Assembly: GCF_006345805.1 (NCBI RefSeq) | Contig: NW_021833063.1 | Span: 1 to 64,000, forward strand | DNA length: 64,000 nucleotides | From: Octopus sinensis | Taxonomy: Eukaryota | Reading direction: 5' to 3' | In this document: piece by piece, positions 46,650 through 61,891 of the stretch | Numbering within the stretch: position 1 is the stretch's first letter | Layout: the number at the start of each line of letters is the position of its first letter | Position numbers and translations under genes: made by a program | Notes under the pieces: generated by a model | What the model was told of the DNA's origin: nothing | The model's database searches: none | The model's input: only the letters and a program-made list of their open reading frames with translations

Positions 46650-46935
46650 TTCAGATATGTATTTGGGTGTCATCTCTTGTGAAAGGTAAGAGAGTCCAGT
46701 TTGCTGGACATTGCTGTAGAGCTGAAAAAGAGGTAATTTCTACTCTTCTCCTCTGGAAGCCATCTACTCGCAATACCAGAGGGCGCACACTCTCCTACCC
46801 TGATGTAATCTCTAGGGATACAGGCATCCAGCAACAGGACCTCCGTAATGCCATGATGGACCGTGAAGTCTGGCGTAGCATGGTAAATTCCATTGTCTCG
46901 ACCACGGTCGAACAATGATGATGATGATGATGATT
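46650..46935 (+). mobile_element. RTE-clade LINE 3' end with a (TGA)n tail
   Basis: KRVQFAGHCCRAE...LLLWKP...GRTLSYPDVISRDTG...MMDREVWRSMV, then TGATGATGA. Confidence 0.8.
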
Positions 46936-47875
46936 GGGTAGTTCATGGTTCAATTTTATCAATCTATTGATCGATAAACTGAAATCATAGGGAACCATCT
47001 TCATCATGATATCTTCGACAGAGCCAAAACAAAGAAAAAGAAGAAAACAAAAGAAGAGGATGGAATTTGGTCAGTGTGGCATATATACAGAACCGTTTCT
47101 AGCCACCAACCTTACGCTATTGTTCTTTCTTATCACGGGCGTTAATATTATTATATTAACACCCAGCAAAGAAATTTGACATCCCACAATCCTTTTATGG
47201 TTAGTGGAGGGCTTTTGGCTACTATATTTTTGGAAAAATTACAAGGGGTAAAGTATTTGCAAATATACAAACCAAAATGCAGTTATGGCATTGCTAATTA
47301 TTTTAAAACTGAAATATCATCTAATTAATTACCAGGAATTAATATAAATGCAAAACAGTTAACAGAAATAGTTAGAACAAGCAATCAGGAATTATGAATA
47401 AATAAATGAATAAATAAACTATGACAGGTAAAGTATCAGTAAGTCTAAGACTACATGTTATCCTAAATTATAGGGCAAGGTATCATTGGTACAACTGCAA
47501 TAAGAAGGTTAAGATATGATTCTTAAATAGGGGGGTAGAGTAAATTACACAAGTGTTAAATGAAGAAGATAAACCCAAATCAAAATCAAATAAAAATATA
47601 GCAAAACAGAGCAACAAAAGCAAAAATAAAAATGAAAATAGAAATTCGAAAATAAGGGAATAGATATATGAAAACGGATATCTCCTTATCATCAAATAAA
47701 TAGCGAGAAGGGACTAGGGAAGGAAATCTATAATACAAGTAATTAAGGAAATTGATAATTACCATTTAATTTAAATATGCATTATCTCACAACTATTGGA
47801 CTAGGAAGATGTGCAGGTGTTATCACATCTATTTGTTCGCATGATTAATTGTTGTGGGAATGATCAAAAGGTTTT

Positions 47876-48398
<523 letters not shown>

Positions 48399-49140
48399 GA
48401 GTATCTTGCAGCTAGCTCCTGCCTCATATTCAGGATGTTACACTCTGACATATTGACAAAGACCCTTTTGGGGGAAAGTTCACGTCTCATTTTCCCTTAC
48501 ATTGTAAGGAGGTGCACTGCTCATTATTGACCACTTAATATTATACTTTGTTTTGCTATCCTTAAGTTCCCATATAAGTTTGTTTAATGAGATCGATCTT
48601 TCCTTATCCCTGTGTTTAAATGATGAGACGTGATTATAATATCGAGGCTTGAAGGTTGTTGCGAAACAGCCTAAATAATGGTAAACTGTTTTGTCCGTAA
48701 CAACTGAGCAGCTATTCGATGATTGGTTCCTTAGCGCCTAGTATAATGTCAATTCCATTTTTAGTCAAGAGTTTTCCCTTAGAAAAATGAGTGCCTTATA
48801 TAGCATACATACATACATACATACATTCATACATACATACATACATACATACATACATGCATACATACATACATACATACATACACACACATACATTTAT
48901 ATACATATGTATGTATATGTATGTATGTTTTAATGCATCTATGTACATCTGTGTACATTTGCGCATGCATATGTCTTTATTCGTTTATTCATTAACATAT
49001 TGCAGTTATTGGACTGCGGCCATTCTGGGGCACTACCTTGAAGGATTCTTTGAGTCGATCACATTGACCTCCACTCCACTCCACTCCACTTCACTCTAAG
49101 CACTGACACTTATGTATACCATGGGCTTCCCTATACCTTC

Positions 49141-49370
49141 TTATTTCTTTATTGCCCACAAGGAGCTAAACATAGAGGGGACAAACAAGGACAGATAAAC
49201 GGATTAAGTCGATTATATCGACCCCAGTGCATAACTGGTACTTAATTTATCGACCCCGAAAGGATGAAAGCCAAAGTCGACCTCGGCGGAACTTGAACTC
49301 AGGACGTAACGGCAGACGAAATACGGCTACGCATTTCACCCGGCGTGCTAACCTTTCTGTCAGCTCGCTT
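49141..49370 (-). mobile_element. SINE family B (tail1)
   Basis: Match to the B consensus. Confidence 0.9.
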
Positions 49371-50119
49371 CCCTCTACTTTCTGTCTATCGAATTCTCTC
49401 AGAAGTCATTTAGTAATCTCGAGGCTGGAGTGGAAAACATTTGTCGAAGCTACGTAATGTGTTGTTATACTTTCAGTGTTTGTGTGTTCCATTTATATAG
49501 TATAACCGAATAGAAGCGAGTATTTATGACAACTGTGTGCACGTATTTCTTTTATGTGCATATTTTATGTGTTTCTCCTTCATACCTTTCATTTACAGTA
49601 AATTCAAAAATTCGCCATCTTGAATCAGAAGTTGAAAGTCTCTAAAAGCAAACGCAGCAAGCTCATAAGCGAAGCAGACGATAAAAAGCGAAGAAAACTA
49701 AACCAAAGAAAATTTATATGATTTATAGGTCGTACAACGTTTTTTGTTTTTGCCTCCGTTGATTATTTATTGAATACAAATTCACATTAGTTTAAAGCAG
49801 ACGACAGACATTTTTCACCTGTGTTGGTTAAATTTATATCCATCAACAGCAAAATAAATGTCAAGTTCCTTCTCAGTTTTGCTACTTTTGCTCTGAAGAT
49901 GAAAACAATTATTGTTGCCTATAAATAAACGTGAAGCATATTTTAAATATTTTCTTTTGTTTTTAGTTCGGAAAATTGAAATTTCTTGTGTAAGTATTCT
50001 TATCGGCCATAACGTCTGTTATTTAATACTTTCAGACTAACATTGCAATGGTTCACAACTTATTTGCTGTAGAAAATGTTTGACATAATTTTTAAATATT
50101 CAACATTAAGTTTTCTTAA

Positions 50120-50694
50120 GGCGGCAAGCTGGCAGAAACGTTAGAACGCCGGGCGAAATGCGTAGCCGTATTTCGTCTGCTGCTACGTTCTGAGTTCAAA
50201 TTCCGCCGAGGTCGACATTACCTTTCATCCTTTCGGGGTCGATTAAATAAGTACCAGTTACGCACTGGGGTCGATATAATCGACTTAATCCGTTTGTCTG
50301 ATCTTGTTTGTCCTCTCTGTGTTTAGCCCCTTGTGGGTAGTAAAAAAATAGGTATTTCGTCTGCCGCTACGTTCTGAGTTCAAGTTCTGCCGAGGTCGAC
50401 TTTGCCTTTCATCCTTTCGGGGTCGATTAAATAAGTACCAGTTACGCATTGGGGTCGATATAATCGACTTAATCATCCGTCTGTCTGTCCTTGTTTGTCC
50501 TCTCTGTGTTTAGCCCCTTGTGGGTAGTAAAGAAATAGGTATTTCGTCTGTCTTTACGTTCTGAGTTCAAATTCCGCCGAGTTCGACTTTGCCTTTCATC
50601 CTTTCGGGGTCGATAGATTAATTACCAGTTGCGTGATGGGGTCGATCTAATCGACTGGCTCCCTCCCCCAAAATTTCGGGTCTTGTGCCTAGAG
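50120..50694 (+). mobile_element. SINE B array: head-(core-tail1)x2-core-tail2
   Basis: Junctions AAATAGGTATTTCGTC at about 50346 and 50533; terminal tail2. Confidence 0.9.
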
Positions 50695-51552
50695 TTATTT
50701 GATTTTGTTTGTTCCTTCTCAAGCCATGCCTGGCTCCTATATATCAAAAGAATATGTTATAATAATGTTCCACACATATACAAAAACAGCCATACCAACA
50801 ATCCAACATGCCTCCATCATCAGCTGCTCCACGGATATCATTATAGTTTCGACACCTGGGCAGTATCATTAAATCCGGCGATGCCAATAGCACTAAAATG
50901 AGCGTTGTTTGAGAACAAATATACGAAAGAAAACCACAGCTTTGAAACACATTTACCCTATGCACAACAGTATCGGTAAATATATTCACTAAGTAAATCT
51001 ATAACTAACTCCTAAGTATGTAACTAAAGAGCTTTAAGTCATACAAAAAATATTCCTTACAGTCTTCCATAGTATAATATAAACATAAAGCTTAATAACC
51101 ACATTGATTCAATCTAAATATGGGCAGGATTAGACGCTAACTTTAGAATTAAACTACATCAAAGAAACACATTAATCTATGTACATCTGTATCAATATTA
51201 ATAGTAAACCTACAATAACTATATATACTGAATAGCGACCAATCTTTCAGTCCATGCAAATGATAATCCCATCAGTCTTCCATAGTTAATACTATAATAA
51301 AAAAAGTGAAAGCTTTATATTCAATTCTCTCCAAAGCGAAACACGATTGAATTTAATTTAACGAATAATATAGTAATTACGAGTGATAAACATTATTTCA
51401 TAATTCGAAAGTTAATAATACAAACACTACATTCTCATTAATATTACCCTTACAAGATTTAATGTAAAATTACCAGTAACTAATAGAAACATTAAATTTT
51501 ATTACACATACATACAGACACAGACACAGACACACAAAAACATATTTTTAAA

Positions 51553-51939
51553 ATTTTATTTGTTTCGGTCAGTTGACTGTGGCCATGCAGGAGCACCACG
51601 TTTTTTTGTCGAGCAAATCGACCCCAGGACTTATTCTTTGTAAGTCTAGTACTTATTCTATCGGTTTCTCTTTACAGAACCGCTAAGTTACGGGAACGTA
51701 ACCACACCAGTATCGGATGTCAAGCCATGTTTGGGGGGGGGGGACACAAACACACACACACATACCTATATACGACGGGCTTCTTTCAGTTTCCGTCTGC
51801 CATATCCACTCACAAGGCTTTGGTCGCCCCGAGGCTACAGTAGAAGACATTTGCCCAAGGTCCCAAGCCGTAGGACTGAATGCGGAACCATGTGGTTGGT
51901 AAGCAAGCTACTTACCACACAGCCACTCCTGCGCCTATA
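51553..51939 (-). mobile_element. SINE family C
   Basis: Match to the C consensus. Confidence 0.88.
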
Positions 51940-52189
51940 TATGTGATTTAATTTCAAGCAAGTAAAATCTGTTGCTCAGGAGAAAGGAATATAGTTTTTA
52001 CTTTTATTCTACTTCACTAAGATATTTATCAAACTAGGTATCTTAAGGTATTACTAAGCCGGCGTCAGCCTTGGAGTAATTTACGGCCAAGATTTCCCAT
52101 AAATGTATTATAATCTAAGATATTTTCATATTTTTTCTAAACTCGAACAAGAAATACTGCCCCACCAGATGTAGGTGTTTATATACTAG

Positions 52190-52487
52190 CAGTCCGTCGG
52201 TTCCAGTTAGTCTGATCGACGGAATAGCCTGCTCGTGAAATTAACATGCAAGTGGTTGAGTACTCCACAGACATATGTACCCTTAATGTAGTTCTCAGGG
52301 AGATTCAGCATGACACAGAATGTGACGCGGTCGGACATTTGAAATACAGGTACTACTCATTTTTGCCAGCTGAGTGGACCGGAGCAACGTGAAATAAAGT
52401 GTCTTGTTCAAGGACATAACCTGCTGCCATCAATCGAACTCACGACCTTTCGATCGTGAGCCGGATACTCTAACCACTAAACCACAT
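52190..52487 (-). mobile_element. Chimeric SINE: family F head and CORE body + family A tail
   Basis: Minus-strand junction GGCAAAAATGAGTA|GTACCTGTATTTCAAA. Confidence 0.8.
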
Positions 52488-52516
52488 ATATAAACACACA
52501 CACAAACGTATATGTA

Positions 52517-53770
52517 TATATGTGTGTATGTGTGAATATATGTGTGTATGTGTGAATATATGTGTGTATGTGTGAATATATGTGTGTATGTGTGAATATA
52601 TGTGTGTATGTGTGAATATATGTGTGTATGTGTAAATGTATATGTGTATGTGTAAATGTATGTGTGTATGTGTGAATATATGTGTGTATGTGTGAATATA
52701 TGTGTGTATGTGTGAATATATGTGTGTATGTGTGAATATATGTGTGTATGTGTGAATATATGTGTGTATGTGTGAATATATGTGTGTATGTGTAAATGTA
52801 TATGTGTATGTGTAAATGTATGTGTGTATGTGTGAATATATGTGTGTATGTGTGAATATATGTGTGTATGTGTGAATATATGTGTGTATGTGTGGATATA
52901 TTGTGTGATGTGTGAATATATGTGTGTATGTGTGAATATATGTGTGTATGTGTGAATATATGTGTTATGTGTAAATATATGTGTATGTGTAAATGTATGT
53001 GTGATGTGTGAATATATGTGTGTATGTGTGAATATATGTGTGTATGTGTGAATATATGTGTGTATGTGTGAATATATGTGTGTATGTGTGAATATATGTG
53101 TGTATGTGTGAATATATGTGTGTATGTGTGAATATATGTGTGTATGTGTAAATGTATATGTGTATGTGTAAATGTATGTGTGTATGTGTGAATATATGTG
53201 TGTATGTGTGAATATATGTGTGTATGTGTGAATATATGTGTGTATGTGTGAATATATGTGGTGTATGTGTAAATGTATATGTGTATGTGTAAATGTGTGT
53301 ATGTGTGAATATATGTGTGTATGTGTGAATATGTGTGTATGTTGAATATAGTGTGTATGTGTGATATATGTGTGTATGTGTGATATATGTGTGTATGTGT
53401 GAATATATGTGTGTATGTGTGAATATATGTGTGTATGTGTGAATATATGTGTGTATGTGTAAATGTATATGTGTATGTGTAAATGTATGTGTGTATGTGT
53501 GAATATATGTGTGTATGTGTGAATATATGTGTGTATGTGTGAATATATGTGTGTATGTGTGAATATATGTGTGTATGTGTGAATATATGTGTGTATGTGT
53601 GTATATATGTGTGTATGTGTGAATATATGTGTGTATGTGTGAATATATGTGTGTAAGTGTGAATATATGTGTGTATGTGTGTATATATGTGTGTATGTGT
53701 GAATATATGTGTGTATGTGTGAATATATGTGTGTATGTGTGAATATATGTGTGTATGTGTAAATGTATGT
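52517..53770. repeat. 20-bp minisatellite (ATGTGTGAATATATGTGTGT)n, about 60 copies, with higher-order variant blocks
   Basis: The variant TAAATG recurs at about 52633, 52793, 52972, 53149, 53270, 53460 and 53760. Confidence 0.95.
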
Positions 53771-55192
53771 CAGGTCTTTGTTCTGTCTGTACACTTTAGC
53801 AGAATACAAGTTAAGATGAATTCTTTAAAAATATTTCTTGAGTAAAGCCAAATTACTATCATCGCTGTAGTTCTGAGAGAATATTTTAGTTGATGCGAGC
53901 AAAACATTTTCCGTTGTGAAAAACATCGATAACCAATCTTTTTCTAAACTTAGCAACTTCAGTAACTGTGATATTTCTCTCTAAAAGAACTCTAATCCTC
54001 CTTTCCTATCAGGTTATCGTATATTTATTACTTCATCATTTGTCTGTGATTGTCTTTGTTAGAACACTCTTCACACTTCTTGTCACCGACTGACAACTCA
54101 TTAATTCAATCTGACAATCTAGAATACTCCTTTGATGCTGTTTCTGTCTGAAACACTAAATCTTCATTTGTATGACAGTTTGTGTGAAAAGGAAATAATG
54201 CTCATTATGAAATATCGTTGTGTTAGCTATTTTCAGAAAAGTATGAAAATATTTACTGCTGTTCTGATAACTAGTGTCCAAACAATACTAAATTATGATC
54301 CTACTTGAAGGTATCTAAGAAAATTGGAGTTTAGCCTTAGTTTAGAAACTTAGCCAATTTAATAATTTGGAAGGACATCTCAGTAGAAACGGAGAAAAAG
54401 TGGTGGGTGGATATGAAAGTGAAACAAGAAGTGAAAGTTATAGAACTATTATAAACACTTATATACGATGTTGAAATTTCATTCGGTGACAAAGGGTTCA
54501 TGTTCAAAATGTTAGAGTTCTCTTCTTTTCCATATCATAAATCCGTTTCTTGGCACCTCGGATGCCTTTTAGTATTCAGGTGGGATCTCCGGTTTGAGGA
54601 TATTCTTCCTCTCTTTTTCTCATCCACCAGCTTCAGACTCTCTGAAACTGACCATGGTCACTGTCATTTTTCCTAATGTCATCTCGTCTCATCTTCTTCG
54701 CCCACTTATTCCTTGGAGAGTTGGAGGGGGGCAGACTCGTCAAGCACGCCTTTCATCAGGTCCTTTCAGAAGCTCATGAATGTTACCCAACCATCTTTTT
54801 CATGGTTTCCCTCTTGGTTCCCTGTCGGCTGGTTTTGACCGTAAACCCATCTAGCAATTCTGTAAAAGCAAAGCTGTCATCTTTCAATTCGGAGAAGTAG
54901 TGCCTCCATCTGGAAAACTTCTCTAGTTTACGAGTTACGCTCTCCATCGAGCTACGTTATTCAAAGACCTTTCAGAGGAACCACATCTCGGCCACTTGTT
55001 TTCACGATCCTATACTTTTGGACATTACACAGTCAAAATAGTACCTGTCACCTTACGATGCTTGTTACTAGAGCCTGTTATGACGACAGAAAAAGTAACC
55101 AAAGTGTTGTACCAGCCTTTGTCACTTCAATCTAAAGTACACATGTCTCCCTAACATTTGAGATGGTTATCATCTGACAACATAAAGCAGTC

Positions 55193-55290
<98 letters not shown>

Positions 55291-55306
55291 ACAAACGCAC
55301 ACACAC

Positions 55307-55338
<32 letters not shown>

Positions 55339-55366
55339 CTATATATATATACACACACACACATAT

Positions 55367-55398
<32 letters not shown>

Positions 55399-55420
55399 TA
55401 TAATATATATATATTATATA

Positions 55421-55574
55421 GATTAGAGAAGAACTACCTTTTATCAATTCAACAATGAAATAACAATGATATAATTAAGTTATACCATATAGAAAAAAAT
55501 TAAATAATGATAAAACATATATCAATAATTAAGCAAATAATTGTTGATTGATAACAGGTGGTTCTTCTCTAATT
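55421..55574. mobile_element. AT-rich cassette of about 155 bp with inverted ends of about 32 bp, in (TA)n
   Basis: GATTAGAGAAGAACTACCTTTTATCAATTCAAC ... GTTGATTGATAACAGGTGGTTCTTCTCTAATT. A relative lies at about 44900-45012. Confidence 0.5.
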
Positions 55575-55712
55575 TATATATATATATATATATTATATAT
55601 ATATATAATATATATATATTACATATTGTGAAATTGATTAGTATTACTAAATTGAATTTTTCCCTGTAAGTTTGGAATAATATTCCCTAAAATTTTTATT
55701 ATATATATGTAT

Positions 55713-55744
<32 letters not shown>

Positions 55745-55749
55745 GTATG

Positions 55750-55819
<70 letters not shown>

Positions 55820-55852
55820 TATATATATATGTATATATATATGTTATGTATG

Positions 55853-55899
<47 letters not shown>

Positions 55900-56424
55900 G
55901 ATATTATATATATATATATATTATATATATATGTTATATATATACATACACACACACAACATGACAGTATAGATAATCAGGTGTTTACTCAAAAATAAAG
56001 TGCAGTGTATAAAACAGCGGATCAGGACGGTTTGGTATAAGGCGAATCAATAAGGCCGTGTAGTTTGTTTTTGAATGTGAAAAATATGACGATAATATGA
56101 AATTTAATTATATTTATTTTTCATAAACCGTACTCCGTTATTGACTAAATTTGCATAAGATAATTAAACACAAAGAACTCGCCGATTTAGCCGTCTATTT
56201 GCACAAACTAATTCGTAGCAATGTAATCATACACACGTTGAATACGCAGATATACACTTCCTATGTGTGCGCATGCACACTCTCTCTCGCACACACACAT
56301 ACACATCTTGTTAGTTTCTTTCATTTTTTTTTTGAAGTGATTTTTTTTTTCAATTTTCAAATTTCATTTTAATAATTTCTTCATATTTGTTTTGAATATG
56401 GTAATCAGAAAGAACGAAGCTGAG

Positions 56425-56983
56425 AGAAATTTTGGTGGAAGGGGGCGGTCGATTAGATCGACCTTAGTACGGAACTGGTGCTTAATTTATCGACCCCGAA
56501 AGGATGAAAGGTAATGTCGACCTCAGCGGAATTTGAACTCAGAACATAGACAGATGAAATACCTATTTCTTTACTACCCACAAGGGGCTAAACACAGAGG
56601 GGACAAACAAGGACAGACAAACGGATTAAGTCGATTATATCGACCCCAGTGCGTAACTGGTACTTATTTAATCGACCCCGAAAGGATGAAAGGCAAAGTC
56701 GGCCTCGGCGGAATTTGAACTCAGAACATAGACAGACGAAATACCTATTTCTATTTCTTTACTTACCCACAAGGGGCTAAACACAGAGAGGACAAACAAG
56801 GACAGACAAACGGATTAAGTCGATTACATCGATCCCAGTGCGTAGTTGGTACTTAATTTATCGACCCCGAAAGGATGAAAGGCAAAGTCGACCTCGGCGG
56901 AATTTGAACTCAGAACGTAACGGCACACGAAATACGGCTACGCATTTCGCCCGGTGTACTAACGTTTCTGCCAGATCGCCGCC
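56425..56983 (-). mobile_element. SINE B array: head-(core-tail1)x2-core-tail2
   Basis: Junctions at about 56556-56570 and 56737-56757. Confidence 0.88.
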
Positions 56984-57048
56984 TTAAAGCTGAGATAAAT
57001 ATTGCTTCAAATATATAAGAAGAATAGGGATGCTAAGGCAGTAATACT

Positions 57049-57436
57049 TCTCTCTTTTACTTCTCTTTTACTTGTTTCAGTCATTTGACTGGGGCCACGC
57101 TGGAGCATCGCCTTTTGTCGAGCAAATCGACCCCAGGACTTATTCTTTGTAATCCTAGTACTTATTCTATCGGTCTCTTTTGCAGAACCACTAAGTTACG
57201 GGGACGTAAACACATCATCATCGGTTGTCAAGCAATGCTAGGGGGACAAACACAGACACACAAACACACACACACATATATATATACGACGGGCTTCTTA
57301 CAGTTTCCGTCTACCAAATCCACTCACAAGGCTTTGGTCGGCCCGAGGCTATATTAGAAGACACGCAGTGGGACTGAAACCGGAATCATGTGGTTGGTAA
57401 GCTAGCTACTTACCACACAGCCACTCCTGCGCCTAT
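57049..57436 (-). mobile_element. SINE family C
   Basis: Match to the C consensus. Confidence 0.88.
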
Positions 57437-58396
57437 AATAGTGATTTATTGAACACAGTATTTCATTTTTGTAGGGAACTGGGGGAACCAAACACCCGTG
57501 ATAAACGAAGATAGATGTACCCTCAGTTTGCACGACACTCGGTTTACAAAGATTCACTTACCACTGATTTTTCTCGAATATTTTACCTTCAATTCTATGT
57601 GTACAGAATCACCACTTCGTCGTAAACATTTCACGTTTTCATATTTCTTCGTTTTACGTTCCTCTGAAGACTAACCATTAACTCAACAGCATTTCTTCCA
57701 GTTTTTACGTTCTGAGTTCAAATTCTGTGAACTTCGCCTTTCATCATTTTGGAATCGATAATCAGTTATTGGCAGAGACGTTAGCACGCCGGGCGAAATG
57801 CGTAGCCGTATTTCGTCTGCCGTTACGTTCTGAGTGCAAATTCCGCCGAGGACGACTTTGCCTTTCATCCTTTCGGAGTCGATAAATTAAGTACCAGTTA
57901 CGCACTGGGGTCGATGTAAATGACTTAATCCGTTTGTCTGTCCTTGTTTGTCCCCTCTATTTTTAGTCCCTTTTGGGCAATAATGAAATAAGAATAAGTA
58001 TAAGTTGAAGACTGGTACCAAATTAATCGACGTAAGCCTTCTCCTTAAAATTGCCGCCCTTGTGCCAAAATCTGCAGCCATTATACTTTTGGCCTCAATT
58101 CTTTGAGAGTGATAAAAGATCGCACTATAAACTAACGCTTAATTTAGAATTACTTTTCTAAATAGTTTATTAAATATTTTCGAAATTGAATAATCGAATA
58201 TCAAATGTCAATAAAATCGATTTTAGAAATGATAATCAATATATTTCTAGGTTGTTTATCGAGAGACTTCATTGTTTTCCTTATTGACATTTGGTCTTAT
58301 TGTTAGTTCCACTTCATCGATAATTATCATTATAAAAAATAAAGGAATAATAAAAATAAGCAACAGCTTTGAAATATGCATTATAATGTGTTGTAA

Positions 58397-58966
58397 TATT
58401 GGGTTGTCCGGAAAGTTCGTGCCGATTTATTGTAGCTTTCCTTTGCGACTTATTATAGAACATGGTTGAGTCCACAAAATAGGATTTGACTACATTTCCA
58501 TTTGGAGCACAGTTTAAGCTATCTTTTCGTGGAAGAAGGTTTATGTTCCTATAACCTGTGTTAATTCTGTAACCCTTTAAAATGGAAGATAAGAAAATCC
58601 ATTTTCGGTACTTGATGCTTTGGGAACCAGACAAAAATTGCTGCAGCTCGGCTGGGATGTGTTACCCTACCCTCCATATTCACCAGATATTGCTCTTTCG
58701 GATTTCCACTTATTCAGGTCTCTGCAGAATAGTCTTAATGGTAAAAATTTCAATTCCTTGGATGACGTAAAAAGATACCTTGATGAATTCTTTGCCATGA
58801 AACCACCTGAATTCTGGGAAGAGGGTATTTTCAAGTTAATGAAAGATGGAGATGCATTATGCAACAAAATGGTTCATATTTGGTTGATTAAAAATGTAAT
58901 GGCAAGTATTTATTGAGCTTTTTCTTTCCTTTAAAAATCGGCACTAACTTTCCAGACAACCCAATA
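58397..58966 (+). mobile_element. Mariner internal-deletion derivative, 570 bp, twin of 20478-21047
   Basis: Same TIRs and deletion junction GATGCTTTGGGAACCAGACAAAAATTG; PPYSPDIALSDFHLF motif. Confidence 0.9.
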
Positions 58967-59218
58967 TTATGGAAACAATTGTAAAACGCTCTTTTATTTT
59001 GTATAGAAGACAAAACCCAATACTGTGACAGCTACCCATTTATATATGTACAACACACGCACGTACACGCGCACACATACGCACACGCACACACACACAC
59101 ACGCACACATGACGGGATTCTTTCAGTTTCCGCCAACGAAATCCACTCACAAAGGTTTGGTCGTTCCGAGGCGATAGTAGAAGACACTTGCCTAAGGTAC
59201 AATCATTTATTAATATGC

Positions 59219-59268
<50 letters not shown>

Positions 59269-59299
59269 ATATGTATGTGTGTCTGTGTGTGTGTGTGGG

Positions 59300-59469
59300 T
59301 CCTCTGGTGGCACCTTTAGGCAAGTTCTTCTACTGTACCTCGGGCTGAACCAAAGCCTTGCGAGTGGATTTGGTAGACGAAAAAGCCCATATATATATTT
59401 ACACACATATATATAAATATATATATATATATATATGATATATATATATATATATATATACTATATAAT

Positions 59470-59513
<44 letters not shown>

Positions 59514-59740
59514 GTATGTATATATATATTTGTGTGTGTGTGTTTGTCCCCCCACTATCGCTTGACAACCGACGTTGGTGTGTTTACGTCCTCGAAACTT
59601 ACCGGTTCGGCAAAAGAACCCGATAGAATAAGTACTAGGCTTATAAAGAATAAGTCCTGGGGCCGATTTGTTCAACCATAGAAGGTGCTCCTGCATGGCC
59701 GCAGTTACATGACTGAAACAAGTAAAAGAGTAAAAGAATA
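59300..59740 (+). mobile_element. SINE family C, 5'-degenerate, with an expanded (TA)n
   Basis: CORE and tail match. Confidence 0.8.
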
Positions 59741-59754
59741 AAATTATATATAAT

Positions 59755-59796
<42 letters not shown>

Positions 59797-59800
59797 TATA

Positions 59801-59838
<38 letters not shown>

Positions 59839-60015
59839 ATTGTGCACTGAGGTCGATGAAATCGACTAAAGCCTTCGTCCTAGAATTGCTGGCCTTGTGC
59901 CAAAATTTGAAACTATATATAAATACATACACACACATACATGTATATTCATGTATGTATATGTACGCATGTATACACACGCGATAACCGTACTGGTTGT
60001 ACTATTTCAATAAAT

Positions 60016-60376
60016 ACTCTTTTACTTTTTCAGTAATTTGACTGTGGCCATGCTGGAGCACCGCCTTTAGCCGTGCAGATCGACCCCCGGATTTATTCTT
60101 TGTAAGCTTAGTACTTATTCTATCGGCCTTTTGCCGAACCGGTAAGTTACGGTTGTGAAGCAATGTTGGGGGGTTAAACACAGACACACATACATATATA
60201 TATACATATATACGACGGGCTTCATTCAGTTTCCGTCTACCAAATCCACTCACAAGGCTTTGGTCGGCCCGAAGCTATAGTAGAAGACACTTGCTCAAGG
60301 TGCCACGCAGTGGGACTGAACCCGGAACCATGTGGTTGGTAAGCAAGCTACTTACCACACAGCCACTCCTACGCCT
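60016..60376 (-). mobile_element. SINE family C
   Basis: Match to the C consensus. Confidence 0.88.
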
Positions 60377-60416
60377 AATTTTGTTTGTGTTATTCTTTTA
60401 ATATCATCAAAGAATG

Positions 60417-60498
60417 TACGTCCCCGTTTTACACAATTCCGATTTACACGTTGACCTGTGACGGAGCCAAGCAAATGCGTAAAGCGAGGGACTACTAT
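60417..60498. mobile_element. Possible pogo/Tigger-like mini-MITE
   Basis: TACGTCCCCGTTTTACAC / GCGTAAAGCGAGGGACTACTA form an imperfect inverted pair. Confidence 0.35.
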
Positions 60499-61559
60499 AC
60501 GTAAGTGCGAGAGAACTTCATAAGTTTGTTGCTGTTTTAAAGAATTCGTGTTTAGTTGTGTGATCGAGACAGCCAATCTTTCACATTCTCAAAATATATT
60601 TCGGTCTTCTTCATTTTTTTTTTCTTTTCTTTTCAATTTGGCTGTCTTCGATTTGTTTTCAATTTCTTTTTATGTCTATTCTTCATCTATTTTATTCCAT
60701 TTCACCTTTTTCCAATTTCCGTGCATTCTAATTACTTTTCCTTACTCACTCGGCTTCCATTTACACAGAACCCAGCACCAACTCTCCTCTTTTCATTACT
60801 ATTACTGATCAGTATTCTGCAGCACGTTCTCTAAGTGATTGCGTTTTTGAGGCAAGTAGCATTGCTATTTCTCCAGCAAATCACCAATACTCAACAGAGA
60901 AAGCTCATCACAAACTGCTAAATATGTCACTCTACTTTGATTTACACTATTAATATTCTATTCCATTTCGCACCCTTTTCTATAATGGCTTACTGTCAAC
61001 GTCTTGCCTTTTCTTTTATTGTATTCTATTATATTTACTTCACTTTCTTTCATTTAATTGTTTACATTTTGTTCCCTGATATTTCTAGTTTGTTTAATAA
61101 GAATCTTTATTTTTTTTCCTATTGACATTCACTCTTATGGTTAGTTCCATTTCATTGGCTGTTTACATTTCTCTATAGTAGCCATTTTTTTTCTGTTGCA
61201 ATGTTCACAATTTCAAGGGTATTATTTACATTTTAGTGTTTGTTTATCCCTTACATTTTTTTAATATATTTTATATTTATCTTTACTTCCTGTTTACTTT
61301 CCAATCCAATATTTTTTTTCAGTTTACCTCGACCGTTGTAATTTCTATATGATCGCTTGTTGTTCGTTCGATATTTATCTTATTTGTTGTATTTTCATTT
61401 ACTTTTATGATATACACCAAACCATTATCCCTTTTGTCTACACCGCTTAACAATGTCTCGGTGTCATTGGTATTTTCTTGCTCTTCTTTTGCTTTTTTCA
61501 TAGATCCCCCTTTGACTATAAATCATACTTAGTGTTATTGAATTTTATATGCTCTGTAA

Positions 61560-61599
<40 letters not shown>

Positions 61600-61654
61600 T
61601 ATATATACACTATAATATATATATATATATACACTATAATATATATATATGTAT

Positions 61655-61891
61655 AGGGAGAGTTTACGAAAAAACAAAAGACGAAGACAGGTGGTGTACA
61701 AACAAACAGATTTAGTTGTATACGCTCAGGAATAGAAAAAAGTCTTTTACGTCTCGAGCCTACGCTCTTCTACAGAAAGGGACACAGAAAAAAACAAGGA
61801 GAGAAACAAGGAGAGAAAAAAAGAGAGAAAAAAGGAGAGAAAAAAGGAAAGAAAATAAGTGTGTTTAGTGGCTAACGATCTATCATGGCGA

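Noticed and set aside
52430-53809. 459-aa His/Thr/Ile/Tyr-rich ORF
   Set aside because: It is the translation of the 20-bp minisatellite, which lacks stops in this frame by composition.
53870-55160. Coding-like or LTR-like sequence
   Set aside because: No frame gave a recognisable domain and no terminal repeats were found. Left unannotated.
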